Shown here: positions 1-12,049 of the stretch, piece by piece
How the letters are laid out: each line of letters opens with the position of its first letter
How positions within the stretch are numbered: the first letter of the stretch is position 1
Origin: Raja brachyura
Lineage: Eukaryota
Direction: 5' to 3'
Assembly: GCA_963514005.1 (NCBI GenBank)
Contig: OY740821.1
Coordinates: 14,880,001-14,944,000 of the forward strand
Length of the DNA: 64,000 nucleotides
Notes under the pieces: model-generated
What the model was told of the DNA's origin: nothing
Database searches by the model: none
The model's input: the letters and a program-made list of their open reading frames with translations, nothing else
Program-made: the position numbers and the translations under genes

Positions 1-639
1 CATTGGGAACAAGGAAGGTAATTGATGAAGGTGACTGGATGGTGTTCATTTCCCCAGAGATCTCGTTCAGTCGTGAAGGGCAGCTTCAGAGAGCAACAGC
101 CATCCTACAATACAGCCAATTTATCCCATCCACAACTCCCCACTTTCACAGGATTTACGTTTGTTACATTTCGAAAGGAGTTAATTGGCTGTGAAATGTT
201 TTGGGATATTCCGAGGATTTGAGCAGTGTTATTTAAAACCACATTCATTCTTTTCACTCATTAGTCCTGATGCAATACATAAGGAACATCTTTTCGTGAG
301 ATTTGAAAACATCCTTTGGGCTGAGAGACTACTACATCTATAAAGCAGGTTACATGATTGCCCTGAGAACCAACACTTACACTGAATAGTTATGCCAGCA
401 TAGATTATTCTTCTTAAACAATAATTAGAAAAATAAAATGTTAGAAACACTCAGAATGTCACAAGGTACACAATCTTTCACTGGAAATGCTTCCAGTCTA
501 GTGCACTGCAATCAGTGCTCACACATGGTCTCTGCATTGAAGGCACCACATGCATGCTGGTGATCATTTTGCAGAGCACCTGCGTTCAGGCCACAGCCGG
601 GTGACTCTGAGCTTCCCATTGCCTGGGTTACATTCTCAG

Positions 640-771
640 GGGTTACACAAAAGGCTGGAGAAACTCAGCGGGTGCAGCAGCATCTAAGCAGCGAAGGAGG
701 TGGGCGACTATCTCCTTCGCTCCTTAGATGCTGCTGCACCCGCTGAGTTTCTCCAGCCTTTTGTGTAACCC
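640..771. repeat. 60-bp inverted repeat of Penelope-derived terminal sequence
   Basis: Arms 640-699 and 712-771 with one mismatch and a 12-nt spacer. Confidence 0.92.
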
Positions 772-1088
772 TCGATTCTCCAGCATCTGCAGTTCCTTCT
801 TTAACACTTTCATTCCTCATCCCACTCCCATTGGCATTCTGTCACCTCCTGCACTGTTACAATGAGGCCTGATGTAATCAAGAGGAGTCACTCCGGCTTT
901 ACCCTGTCGGTGGCGCCCTTCCTCGCTCTGGTGCTACAATTCATTCCTCACCTTCCTTCCTTATCAAAGTCCACCGTCAGCAGCCTTTTGTCTTCTCACC
1001 TCCAGCCTTGGTTATTATGTCCACCGTTCTCTCCCCCACCTGACCCCTCTGTCAATCTTACCTAGAGAACCATTGATCACTTGATGAA

Positions 1089-1124
1089 GGGTCTGAAGAA
1101 GGATCCCGACCCGAAACGTCACCT
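1089..1124 (+). ncRNA. Minimal type I hammerhead core (Penelope-type)
   Basis: GGGU-CUGAAGA-A-GGAUCCCGACCC-GAAACGUC-ACCU. Stem I GGGU/ACCU; palindromic ACGU in place of stem III. Confidence 0.6.
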
Positions 1125-1659
1125 ATTCTTTTTCTTCAGAGGTGCCGCCTGACCTGCTGAGTTACTCCAGCATTTTGTGTCCACTTATCACTTGCCAGCT
1201 CTTGCTCCATTCCTTCCCTTCACCTCTAGGAGCTATCTTCCCCTCTCGAAGAAGGTCCCAATCCAAAACGTCTTCTGTCCCTCCACAGATGCTGCCTACC
1301 CCACTGAGTTCCTCCAGCAGTTTGATTCTCCCCTCATCCCACCATCTCTGCAGCTTAACAAGTTTCTTTCCTCTCCATCCCATTCTGACAAAAGTTCTTC
1401 GACCTGATATATTGCCTTTTTTTTTCTTCCCACAGATGTGGCCTGGCCTGCTATTTTGAGGCATTTTGCCATTCTAGTTGCAATGTTGGTGTCTCTCTTT
1501 ACACCCCTGTGTAGCTGAACCCAGCCCCAATGCCATCTATAAATTTGGCACTGCTGTTGGTCGAATCGTAGGTGGTGATGAGTCAGCATACAGGAGAGAG
1601 ATACAACACCTGGTTGAATGGTGTTGAAACAACCTCGCGCTAATGAAAGGGGAAATCAG

Positions 1660-2345
1660 GAGACCACACACCAGATTTCATTGACGGAGAGGGTCAGTAG
1701 TCTCAAATTCCTGGGCGTCAACATCTCGAATTCCCTGTCCTGGGCCAGGCATTTAGATGTGATCACAAACAAGGCATGCCAGCACCTCCACTTTCGTTAA
1801 AGCTGAAGAAGATTCGACGGGTCACTAACCTCTACAGATGCATGGCAGGTGAAGATACCATAACACCATTTAAAGGACATTTGGACAGGTATTTGAATAG
1901 GAAGGGTTCATAAGGATATGGGTCAAACATGGACATATGGGACTAGTTCAGAAGAGGATCTTGGTCGGTAATAATGAATTAGGTTGAAGGGGCTGTTTCC
2001 GTGCTGTATGACTCTACAGTATAACTATGACACTGTGGAAAGTATCCTGACTGGTTGCATCATGGCCTGGGACAATTCCAACATACAGGAATGCAAGAGA
2101 CTCAGCTCGGTCAATCACAGATACAAGCCACCCCATCGTTTAAGGCATCTACAAGAAGGCAACATCCATAGTCGAGGATCTCCACTATCTAGGCAATACA
2201 CTTTTCTCTCTATTACTGTCAGGCAGGAGGTTCGAAGGTCTGACGTTGCACACCACCGGGTTCAGGAACAGGTACTTTCATACAAATATTGGGTTCTGAA
2301 ACCAACTCATGTAACTATAATCCCATTTTGGCAACTGAACACTCC
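1660..2345 (+). mobile_element. Rex1/Babar-like LINE fragment, interrupted by a CR1-type 3' piece
   Basis: KFLGVNISNSLSWARHLDVITNKACQHLHF and TVESILTGCIMAW motifs. Confidence 0.65.
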
Positions 2346-3640
2346 AGAATATCTGGAATATCTCTCTCCTCCTCTGGAATTTCTTCCAGCCCCAGAATCC
2401 TCTGTAATCTCTGCACTGCTCCTTTTTGGGCTCTTTGAGCATCTCCTGAATTGAATCTCTCCATCATGCCATGCCTCTAAAATTCCATCAGTAAATCACT
2501 TCGCCTCACCACTCTTTCCTGTGTTCAAGGTGTCCCGTGGTATAAACTTCAGTAACAACTGTCCTAAATTTTCTGTAAGAAGACTGCTGTGAATTTCTGT
2601 TTGCTAATGAAGCACCTTGGGACATTAAAAGGGAAAATGCAAGGTGCTGTTGTAAACCACAGTCAATGCTAAGTGGGTAACATTTTAATCAAACCTCTAC
2701 CGCTGGCATTCATTATACTCACCTCCTTTCTTAACCACCTCTTCCCTGCCAACTATCTCCAGGATCAGGTGTGATTCCATCCTGGAAGATTCTAATGAGG
2801 ACTGGGAATTTAAATGACCCGAATTTCAAGCTGGTACCATCATTAGAGTATTCCTCAAAGCAGCAACTTCAAAGCACTGAAAAGACACCACCTGTCACTT
2901 CCAGCACATTACCGGTGGTCTTTCTACCTGTCAGTTGCAGCTTGCCGAAGGCTGCTGCCAAAATATTCTGTTGCTGATTTTATGAGGCCTCACAAAAATG
3001 TAATTCTAGACTAGTGAGTGGTGCAGCCCCTTCTTGGGATGGTTCAAAATGCCCACAATAGTGGAAGTTCCAGTAAAGCAACTTCACACCGTGACTTGCC
3101 AGGCTCTTAAAATGATCTATATTCAAATCAATTTCTTAATGCTGCAAAAGAATTCATCCAGTGCAACCCCTTCACTGGAAATATTCTTTAAAATGATTTT
3201 AGCTCAATAAATCTGAGTCACATTAGCAAAGCTGATGGTTGATGTAGTTCATTAAGTTTAACTGACTATCCATCATTCTTTCACTGCAGAGTTTGGCAGT
3301 CAGGTTTGTCATGTTAAATTATCGTTCCTTAACCCCATAGACAGTAGCTTCACACAAACATTGCAGATCCTGGAAATCTCAGCTTGTTAGGTAGCATCTA
3401 TGGAGAAAGAAACGGTGTTAATGTTTCAGATTGTGTTCCAATGAAAGATCTGGGCAGTGAATTTGTCCACTGATGGTGCTGCTCACAGTTTCTTTTCATT
3501 CTTCCATGGGTTTTCGTTCAGTTTAGTTTAAAGATAAAGCATGGAAACCGGCACGTCGGCCCACCGATTTCATGCCAACCTTCAGCTCCCTACACATTAG
3601 GGGCTAGTTACAGATGTCAATTAGGCTATAAACCGCACAA

Positions 3641-3958
3641 GGGCTGGTAACTAGTAGAGCTGCTGCCTCACAGCGCCAGAGACCAGGGTTCGATCCTGAC
3701 TCGGGTGATGTCTGCGTACAGTTTGCATGTTCTCTCTGTGACCATATGGGTTTCCTCCAGGTGCTCAGGTTTCCTTCCACATCCCAAAGATGGCGGGTTT
3801 GTGGGTTTTTTGTCCTTTGCAAAATTGCCCCTCATGTGTCGTGAGTGGAAGAGAAAATGGCAAAACATAGAACTAGTGTGAACAGGTGATCAATGGTCGG
3901 TGTGGATTCAGTGGGCTGAAGGGTCTGTTTGCATGCTGTATCCACAAACTAAACTAAA
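3641..3958 (+). mobile_element. tRNA-derived V-SINE (HE1-like)
   Basis: B-box GGTTCGATCC, V-domain-like GGGTTTCCTCC...GGTTTCCTTCCACATCCCAAAG, CR1/HER1-type 3' end, (ACTAA)n tail. Confidence 0.8.
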
Positions 3959-5290
3959 AACGTCTCTGGGGTACAGCTGAGCCACTGTGACAACGTTTCG
4001 GGAGCTGCTGGCAAGGCCAACATTGCTGCAGAAAAGGTGGTGTTGAGCTCACTTCCTGATCAACTGCATTCTGTGTTCCCACTGTGCTGTTCAGGAGAGA
4101 AGGTCAGTTCTGCATGATAGATCCTTCACATTTGACCATGCTTTTAATCTTTATATGTTCTGTGGAGTTGCCCTTGTTATTATCAATAGATCATTCTCCA
4201 GTGACAACTGAATTCAACCAGACATTAATCACATTATCCCTGGTGAATCTGTAGACAATGCAGGCTGTTAGTTTTCCATAGTCACATTTTAACAAGGTTT
4301 TTTTTTTCTCTCTGTGTTCCTTGGAAGAAGGTTTTGTCCAGATTTCTGGGTATAACATAACAAAAACATAGCCTAGGACTGAGGAGAGAATAGAAAAGAA
4401 GACTTGCATTTATATATCACCATTCACATCACTTGCAGGATGTTCCAAACTAATTTTGAGGTGCAGTCACTGCAGTAATGTAAGAAATGCTTCAGCCAAT
4501 TTGTACACAAAATGCCCCAAATCAGCAATGTGGAATGGCCAGCATTCCTTTTGCTCTGCACCTCCAACGGTGCAGCAGTATCTCGCCAATGTTTTAGTGA
4601 CATCCGTTGAGGGGAAAATATTGGTCACCGGGACACCAGAGAAATCTCCTTACTGTGGTGAACTTTCTTTGACCTGAAACGTTAACTCTACTTTTCTCTC
4701 TCCTCAAATGCCCCACCTGCTGAGTGTTCCCAGTGTTTGCTGCTTCAAATTGCCCATCTTATTTTTGAGGAGTGTCTCTGATCTTTAACACTTCACCAAG
4801 ACAGGAGGCAGGGCCAGAGTTCATTATCTCATATGAAAGAGAGCAGTCCCTCATCACCGCTCATCCCACTGCCCCTCTGATCGTACAACACTCCTTTAGT
4901 AAAACCTCTCCAACAGTGAGCGATGTTTCTATGTGTCCAGCATAGCAGTCCCTCCCACAATGCAGTGCTTCTGACAGCCTGCTGAGGAAAATATCAAAAC
5001 AGATGCCCAAAATCATGATCACAGAGAACATTTTTGATGGGAGTCTGAGGAGGAGAGAGAACCAGGGTGGTGCTGAGGTTTTGGAAAAGAGTCCCAGGGC
5101 TTCAAACATTTTGGGAATAGTAATACCCACAATTCCGGGAGCACCTCCAAAAAATATTGAGGTATTAAGTTGGGAGATAGGAGTCTTAAAGAGAAACTCA
5201 GGGCTGTGTTTGCTCACACAGAGAGCGGTTGATATCCAGAGCCCGCTGCCAGAGAAGGTGGTGGAATCAGATACAGTCACTATGTTTAAA

Positions 5291-5344
5291 GGGGTGGGAG
5301 ATTGCAACCGTCACGTGGTCCGCCCTGTTTCAACCGATGCAATC
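5291..5344 (+). ncRNA. Minimal HDV-like ribozyme (predicted), copy 1
   Basis: P1 GGGGUGG/CCGCCCU, P2 GAUUGCA/UGCAAUC, P3 ACC/GGU, L3 GUCACGU, J4/2 C-C-G-A with the candidate catalytic C at 5334. Confidence 0.72.
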
Positions 5345-5428
5345 AACCTGGCGTGCACACTCAAATAAGATCAAATAGAACAAGTTGTCCTACAACTTTA
5401 GGCTGTGCACGCCACACGCAAGAAGAAG
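5291..5428 (+). mobile_element. Ribozyme-headed short retroposon, copy 1
   Basis: TSD ACTATGTTTAAA at 5279-5290 and 5429-5440. (AAG)n tail. Near-identical to the copies at 10911 and 12972. Inserted in an old CR1 3' fragment. Confidence 0.9.
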
Positions 5429-5589
5429 ACTATGTTTAAAAAGCATTGTAACAGACACTTACCAAATTGCTAGGCAAAGAAGGATACGGACCTAATCAGG
5501 CAAATAGGTTTTGTGTAGATGGGCAAAAAGGACAAAATGGAAGTGTTGGGCTGATGGGCCTGTTTCTGTGCTGTACAACTCTACGATTC

Positions 5590-6140
5590 TATTAATATTC
5601 CTGGTGACTTTATGTAAACACTGAGAAATTCCCAATCCTGACATAGTCCTGGGGACCCCCTGCAAATACTGACACACTCCCTGAAGATTTCCTGAAGATG
5701 ACATATTCCCCAGCCACTTCCTGTCAATACTGACCCCCCTGCAAATGCAGACATTCCCAGGGACCCACTAGAAATACAGATACACTCCCCTGGGACCACG
5801 TGTAAATACAGACATATTCCAGGGGATTCCCTGTAAATATCAATATGCACCTGGAAGTCCCCTGTAAATAAAGATACACTCCTGGGGACCTCTGTAATTG
5901 CTCATGCGCTCCTGATTAACCCTCTGTAAGTACTGACATACCTACTGTGGATCCTTGCAATCCTAGGTAACTCCCTATTAATGCCAACAAACTCCTTGTG
6001 AAGCCAGCAAAATACTGACACACTTCTGGCGACTCTCCTGTAAATACCAGCAAAATCCCCAGTGGCCCCTTGGAAACACAGCTACACTCATGGAGTACCC
6101 CTATGAACTAGCTCGTGTCTCTTGTAAAAATGAACACACA
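5590..6140. repeat. Degenerate ~31-bp minisatellite
   Basis: Recurrent CC(C)TGTAAATAC(A/T)GACA(C/T)A(C/T)TCC..GGGGA units. Confidence 0.75.
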
Positions 6141-9100
6141 GATGCCAGGCCACCATTCACTGAAATGGAAACCCTTCCGTGTCAAATGTGTGCAAATGAA
6201 GACTTGCCCCTTTCACTGATAACTATCCTGCTTATCCTCAGAAAGTGAGAGAAAAGCAGTTTTTAACCTTCTCGCCTGAAGGTGGACTGAATTCCGAGCA
6301 GAGGGAGATCTGTATGCAACAAGCTCTCTCCTCCCTGCCTCATCCCTCATGGATGATTGGGACTATTGTTTGGCCCGGGGATAAAAGGTTAATTATGTTC
6401 GCAGCGGTGGTGTTTAGAAGATGCCTCCTGCACATGACTTAGCATTAAATTGCATTACTTTGTGTTCTCAACGGCGTAAGAAGAAATTGCAAATACATTT
6501 TTATGTCGATTAAGGAGAGGCAAAAATAAAATATAAAAGACACAGGGGGAACTTGAAGCCTGCCAGTGATTTCCGCTGTGCTGCACCATCACATGGGAAG
6601 TAACAATCCATGTGTTAAGACACATTTGCTTGGTGTGAAGGCAGTTCTACAGATTCCAACAGGAACTGCAAAAGCATTTATGCTGGAGGGCTGCCTATCA
6701 ATTCAGTCGGTTATTGTGGCTGTGAGATTCTCGTCTGTATTTTCAAATTCTTCCACACCATGCCTTTCCTTATCACTGCAATTCAACAAGCCTATGCTCC
6801 TCCAATTCTAACATCCTGAAACATGAACTGACCACGGTCAATCCAAATCTCACCAAATCTCTAAAGTCTGAGGAATTAAATATTTCCTCACCCAAACTGA
6901 CTCAGATAAAGCACTGGGGACACACAAAATTGTCTGGTATCTTGTGTGGAAAACAATGTGCTGGTGTAATTCAGCGGGTCAGGCAGCATCTCTAGAGGAC
7001 ACATTAACACCGAGTAAGGTCACATCAAGGCCCTTTACACCTGTGTGATCTCTTTACTCCTATATGTAAATTCTCGTGCAAAAAGAAGCCAACACATCAG
7101 AGTCGAAAGAAGGGTCCCGAACCAAAACATCACCTATCCATGTTCTCCAGAAGGTCGTTGTAAGGATGCTTCGAGCAAATATGGACAAGCAGATTGAGTG
7201 GGCAACAACATGGGAGGTGGAATATAAAGTGCTGGAGTAACTCCGCAGGTCGGGCAGCAAATCTGGAGGGAATGGACAGGCGACATTTCATGTTGGGACC
7301 TTTCTTCAGACTGGACAGGCAACATTTTGTGTTGGGACGGATTCTGATATGATGCTGTCTTTTTGCAAGTGGATTATCATATGGGAGTAAAGGGTCTTGA
7401 TGAGACCGCACCTGGAGCAATGTGTAGTTTTGGTCTCCTTACCTAAACAAGGAAATATCTCAGTACCCATGACATTAATGAACCGAAAATGTCCACAATT
7501 TGAGCCTTTACCAGAATTGGGAGCAATGTGCGTTCAGTGGGCATGTGGACAATGGTCGCAAGTGGTTCACCTCAAGACTGGGCAGTGTATCCTCCATCTA
7601 AACCATGAGGGATTGAGTACGCATTTAAAATTCTCCACCATCTGGTTATGATCGCTGCTGAAGCGGCTATTCCTTCTCCTTCCATTTTCAACATTAATCT
7701 CGACTCGGACGCTTTAAAAAGGAGGGACGCACAATACATTTCCACCCACGTTCTTCAAGACAGCTGTACAACACATGTTGTAATTAAACTGATTATGCTC
7801 AGCAGCGGTGCAGTGTCTAGACGCTGGTGCACTGATCAGCATTTCTTTTACAGAGCTTAAAATAAATGTACAGAAGCAACAAATAACATTTTAGAACTAA
7901 TTACCGTAATTGTGCTGCAGTTGCAGGTGATTTTTGTTTGTTTTATTTTGCATTATACACAGAATAAGGAATAATTAAAGGGCCAATTTAGAAATGCTCA
8001 TTTTGGCACCAGCTTTATACTGGCACTGGAGATTGTATCTGGTTGTCGAGGTTTGACATCGTTGTCGATCCTGAATCAGTCCTGTGCTAGCAGTGAGACA
8101 TTGGGTTTCACCAGCCTTCACTAGTCCCTCCCTGCCTCCTTCCTCCTTCCTCCAACATGTCACCTTTAAGACCTGTACTTCATGGACATGCCACAGCCCA
8201 GGTCTCCCTTTCCATCCATTCCAACACGTCCCTGTCATCCTTTGTTTTCAGAGTTACAGGTAACCGATAAACTCGGTTGTCTTGAATGAAAGGCAAACCA
8301 GGGCTGGGGGAAATTCTAGTTCACGCCAGCTGCCTGAACAAATTGCGACGGCTGTTTAAAAATCAAAAGGCTTTATCTAATTGAGGCACAGAACATAAGA
8401 AGCAGAAAAGGGAGCAGACGGCTCTTTGAACCCGCTCCACCATACAATAATAGACAATAGACAATAGGTGCAGGAGTAGGCCATTCGAGCCTGCACCACC
8501 ATTCAATGTGATCATGATTGATCATCCCCAATCAGTACCCCGTTCCTGCCTTCTCCCCATATCCCCTGACTCCGCTATCTTTAAGAGCCCTATCTAACTC
8601 TCTCTATAAAGTATCCAGAGAACCGGCCTCCACCGCCCTCTGAGGCAGAGAATTCCACAGACTCACAACTCTCTTTGAGAAAAAGTGTTTCCTCGTCTCC
8701 GTTCTAAATGGCTTACCCCTTATTCTTAAACTGTGGCCCCTGATTCTGGACTCACTCAACATCAGGAACATGTTTCCTGCCTCTAGCGTGTCCAAACCCT
8801 TAACAATCTTATATGTTTCAATAAGATCCCCTCTCATCCTTCTAAACTCCAGAGTGTACAAGCCCAGCCGCTCCATTCTCTCAGCATATGACAGTCCCGC
8901 CATCCCGGGAATTAACCTGGTGAACCTACGCTGCACACCCTAAATAGCAACAATGTCCTTCCTCAAATTAGAGGACCAAAACTGCACACAATACTCCAGG
9001 TGTGGTCTCACTAGGGCCCTGCACAACTGCAGAAGGACCTCTTTGCTCCTATACTCAACTCCTCTTGTTATAAAGGCCAACGTGCCATTGGCTTTCTTCA

Positions 9101-10910
9101 CTGCCTGCTGTACCTGCATGCTTACTTTCATAGACTGATGAACAAGGACCCCCAGATCCCGTTGTACTTCCTCTTTTCCCAACTTGACGCCATTTAGATA
9201 GTAATCTGCCTTCCTGTTTTTGATACCAAAGTGGATAACCTCACATTTATCGACATTAAACTTCATCTGCCATGCATCTGCCCACTCCCCCAACCTGTCC
9301 AAGTCACCCTGCATTCTCATAACATCCTCCTCACAGTTCACACTGCCACCCAGCTTTGTGTCACCTGCAAATTTGCCAATGTTACTTTGAATCTCTTCAT
9401 CCAAATCATTGATGTTTATTGTAAATAGCTGCGGTCCCAGTACCGAGCCTTGCGGTTCCCCACTAGTCACTGCCTGACATTCTGAAAGGGACCCGTTAAT
9501 CCCTACTCTTTGTTTCCTGTCTGCCAACCAATTTTCTATCCATGTCAGCACTCCACCCCCAAAACCATGTGCCCTAATTTTGCCCACTTATCTCCTATGT
9601 GGGACCTTATCAAATGCTTTCTGAAAGTCCAGGTACACTACATCCACTGGCTCTCCCTTGTCCATTTTCCTAGTTACATCCTCAAAAAATTCCAGAAGAT
9701 TAGTCAAGCATGATTTCCCCTTCGTAAATCCATGCTGACTCGGACCGATCCTGTTACTGCTATCCAAACCATCTTTTATAATTGACTCTAGCATCTTCCC
9801 CACCACCGATGTCAGGAAACTGGTCTATAATTCCCTGTTTTCTCTCTCCCGCCTTTCTTAAAAAGTGGGATAACATTAGCTACCTTCCAATCCACAGGAA
9901 CTGATCCTGAGTCTATAGAACATTGGAAAATTATCATCAATGCATCCACAATTTCTAGAGCCACTTCCTTAAGTACCCTGGGATGCAGACCATCAGGCCC
10001 TGGGGGTTTATCAGCATTCAGTCCCATCAGTCAACCCAACACCATTTCCTGCCTAATGTGGATATCCTTCAGTTCCTCTGTCACCCCAGATCCTCTGGCC
10101 ACAACTATATCAGGAAGATTGTTTGTGTCCTCCTTAGTGAAGACAGATCCAAAGTACCTGTTCAACTCATCTGCCATTTCCTTGTTCCCCATAATAAATT
10201 CACCTTTTTCGGTCTTCAAGGGTCCAACTTTGGTCTTAACTAATTTTTTCCTCTTCACATATCTAAAGAAGCTTTTACTATCCTGCTTTATATTCTTGGC
10301 TAGCTTACCTTCGTACCTCATCTTTTATCCCAATATTGTCCTTTTAGTTATCTTCTGTTGCTCTTTAAACATTACCCAATCCTCTTGCTTCCCGCTCATC
10401 TTTGCTACGTTGTAATCTTCTCTTTAATTTTTATACTGTCCCTGATGTCCCTTGTCAGCCACAGTCATCCCTTTCTCCCCTTGGAATCTTTCTTCCTCCT
10501 AGGAATGAACTGATCCTCCACCTTCTGTATTATTCCTAGAAACACCTGCCATTTTTGTTCCACTGTCATCCCTGCTAGTGTATCTTTCCAGTCAACTTTG
10601 GCCAGCTCCTCCCTCATGGCCCCATAGTCCCCTTTATTCAACTGCATCACACACACCTCCGATCTACTCCGATATTATGGTCACTGCCTCTGAATGGCTC
10701 ATTAACCTCGAGGTCCTTTATCAAATCCAGTTCATTACATAACACTAAATCCAAAATTGCCTTCTCCATGGTAGGCTCCAATACAAGCTGCTCTAAGAAT
10801 CCATCACGAAGGCACTCTACAAAGTCCCTTTCTTGGGGTCTAGTACCAATCTGATTTTCCCAGTCTACCTGCATGTTGAAATCTCTCATAACAACCACAG
10901 CATTACCTTT

Positions 10911-10964
10911 GGGGTGGGAGATTGCAACCTTCACGTGGTCCGCCCTGTTTCGACTAATGCAATC
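10911..10964 (+). ncRNA. Minimal HDV-like ribozyme (predicted), copy 2
   Basis: GGGGUGG-GA-GAUUGCA-ACC-UUCACGU-GGU-CCGCCCU-GU-UUCGA-CUAA-UGCAAUC: full nested double-pseudoknot order. Candidate catalytic C at 10954. Confidence 0.82.
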
Positions 10965-11049
10965 AACTCGACGTGCACAAACGGAAGATCAAATAGAACA
11001 AGTTGTCCAACAACTTTAGGCTGTGCACGCCACACGAAAGAAGAAGAAG
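10911..11049 (+). mobile_element. Ribozyme-headed short retroposon, copy 2 (nested in the CR1 endonuclease region)
   Basis: TSD CATTACCTTT at 10901-10910 and 11050-11059. (AAG)n tail. Interrupts the CR1 APE coding sequence. Confidence 0.92.
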
Positions 11050-12049
11050 CATTACCTTTGCTACATGCCAATTTTAACTCCTGATTCAACTTGCACCCTG
11101 TCCAGGCTACTGTTTGGGGGACTGTAGATTAGTCCCATTAGGGTATTTTAACCCTTACAATTCCTTAGTTCTATCCATACTGACTCCACAACTCCTGTTT
11201 CAATGTCACCCCTTGCAAGGGACTGAATTTCATTCCTCACCAACAGGGCAACCCCACCCCCTCTGCCCACCTGTCTGTATTTTCGATAGCAGGTATACCC
11301 TTGAATATTCAGTTCCCACCCCGGCCCTCTTGCACCCATGTCTCTGTAATTCCCACAACATCATACTTGAGAATTTCTAACTGAGCCTCAAGCTCGTCCA
11401 CTTTATTTCTTATACTTCGCGCATTCATATACAACACTTTGGCCTCCGTATTCACGTCCCCCCTCGCACCGCTCGCAATTGGCCCTGACCTTACTCTTTT
11501 ATCCCTTCTTGAACTTTCCTTCCCATTAATTTGAGAATCATTTGTAACTTTTCCTGTAGTCACTTCCCCTTTAACTCCATCTTTATAGTCCCAATTTGTC
11601 AATCCCTCCCCCCCCACTATTTAGTTTAAACCCACATGTGCAGCCCTAGCAAACCTGCCTGCCAGAATGTCAGTCCCTCTCCAGTCGGTCTTCATAAGGC
11701 AATCTCTTCATCCAAGGAATGAACCTAAGATGCAAGATGAGGAAAGGTTCATAAGTTCATAAGTTCTAGGAGCAGAATTAGGCCAATCCGCCCATCATGT
11801 CCACTCTGCCAATCAATCATGGCTGATCTATCTTTTCCTCTCAACCCCATTCTCCAGCCTTCTCCCCATAACTCTTGGCACCCTTAGCAAAAGGAAAGGT
11901 GTGTTAAATCTTTATTAAAACATTTGTTATCAGCAAATAAGTTAATGTTCAATTCTTCAGAAAGAATGTTGGGTCTTGGGGAGGGTGTGAAGGAGGTCTA
12001 CTAGTGAGTTCCTAGGGGAACAAGAGACATCTGTGCGTGAAGACTTTTC

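Larger units (their letters stand above)
8445..11680 (-). mobile_element. CR1-clade LINE with near-complete but disrupted ORF2 (APE endonuclease + RT)
   Basis: Minus-strand ORF pieces: VLYMNARSIRNKVDELE...VVGITETW (APE); PGPDGLHPRVLKE, QHGFTKGKSCLTNLLEFFE, VYLDFQKAFDKVPH, PQGSVLGP, FAGDTKL (RT, catalytic motif mutated); RPHLEYCVQFW. (CTATTGT)n tail near 8445-8466. Several stops and frameshifts. Confidence 0.95.

Noticed and set aside
5590-6140. CRISPR-like array
   Set aside because: Eukaryotic context, degenerate contiguous units with no unique spacers, and no cas genes.
8604-10321. Functional reverse transcriptase gene
   Set aside because: Fragmented by stops and frameshifts, catalytic motif reads FAGD, and the APE region is interrupted by an insertion.
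10946-10956. GTTTCGACT as a Pol III B-box, making the 140-bp element an ordinary tRNA SINE
   Set aside because: It does not fit GTTCRANNC, there is no upstream A-box or cloverleaf, and the bases are fully accounted for by the ribozyme P1.1/J4/2 region.
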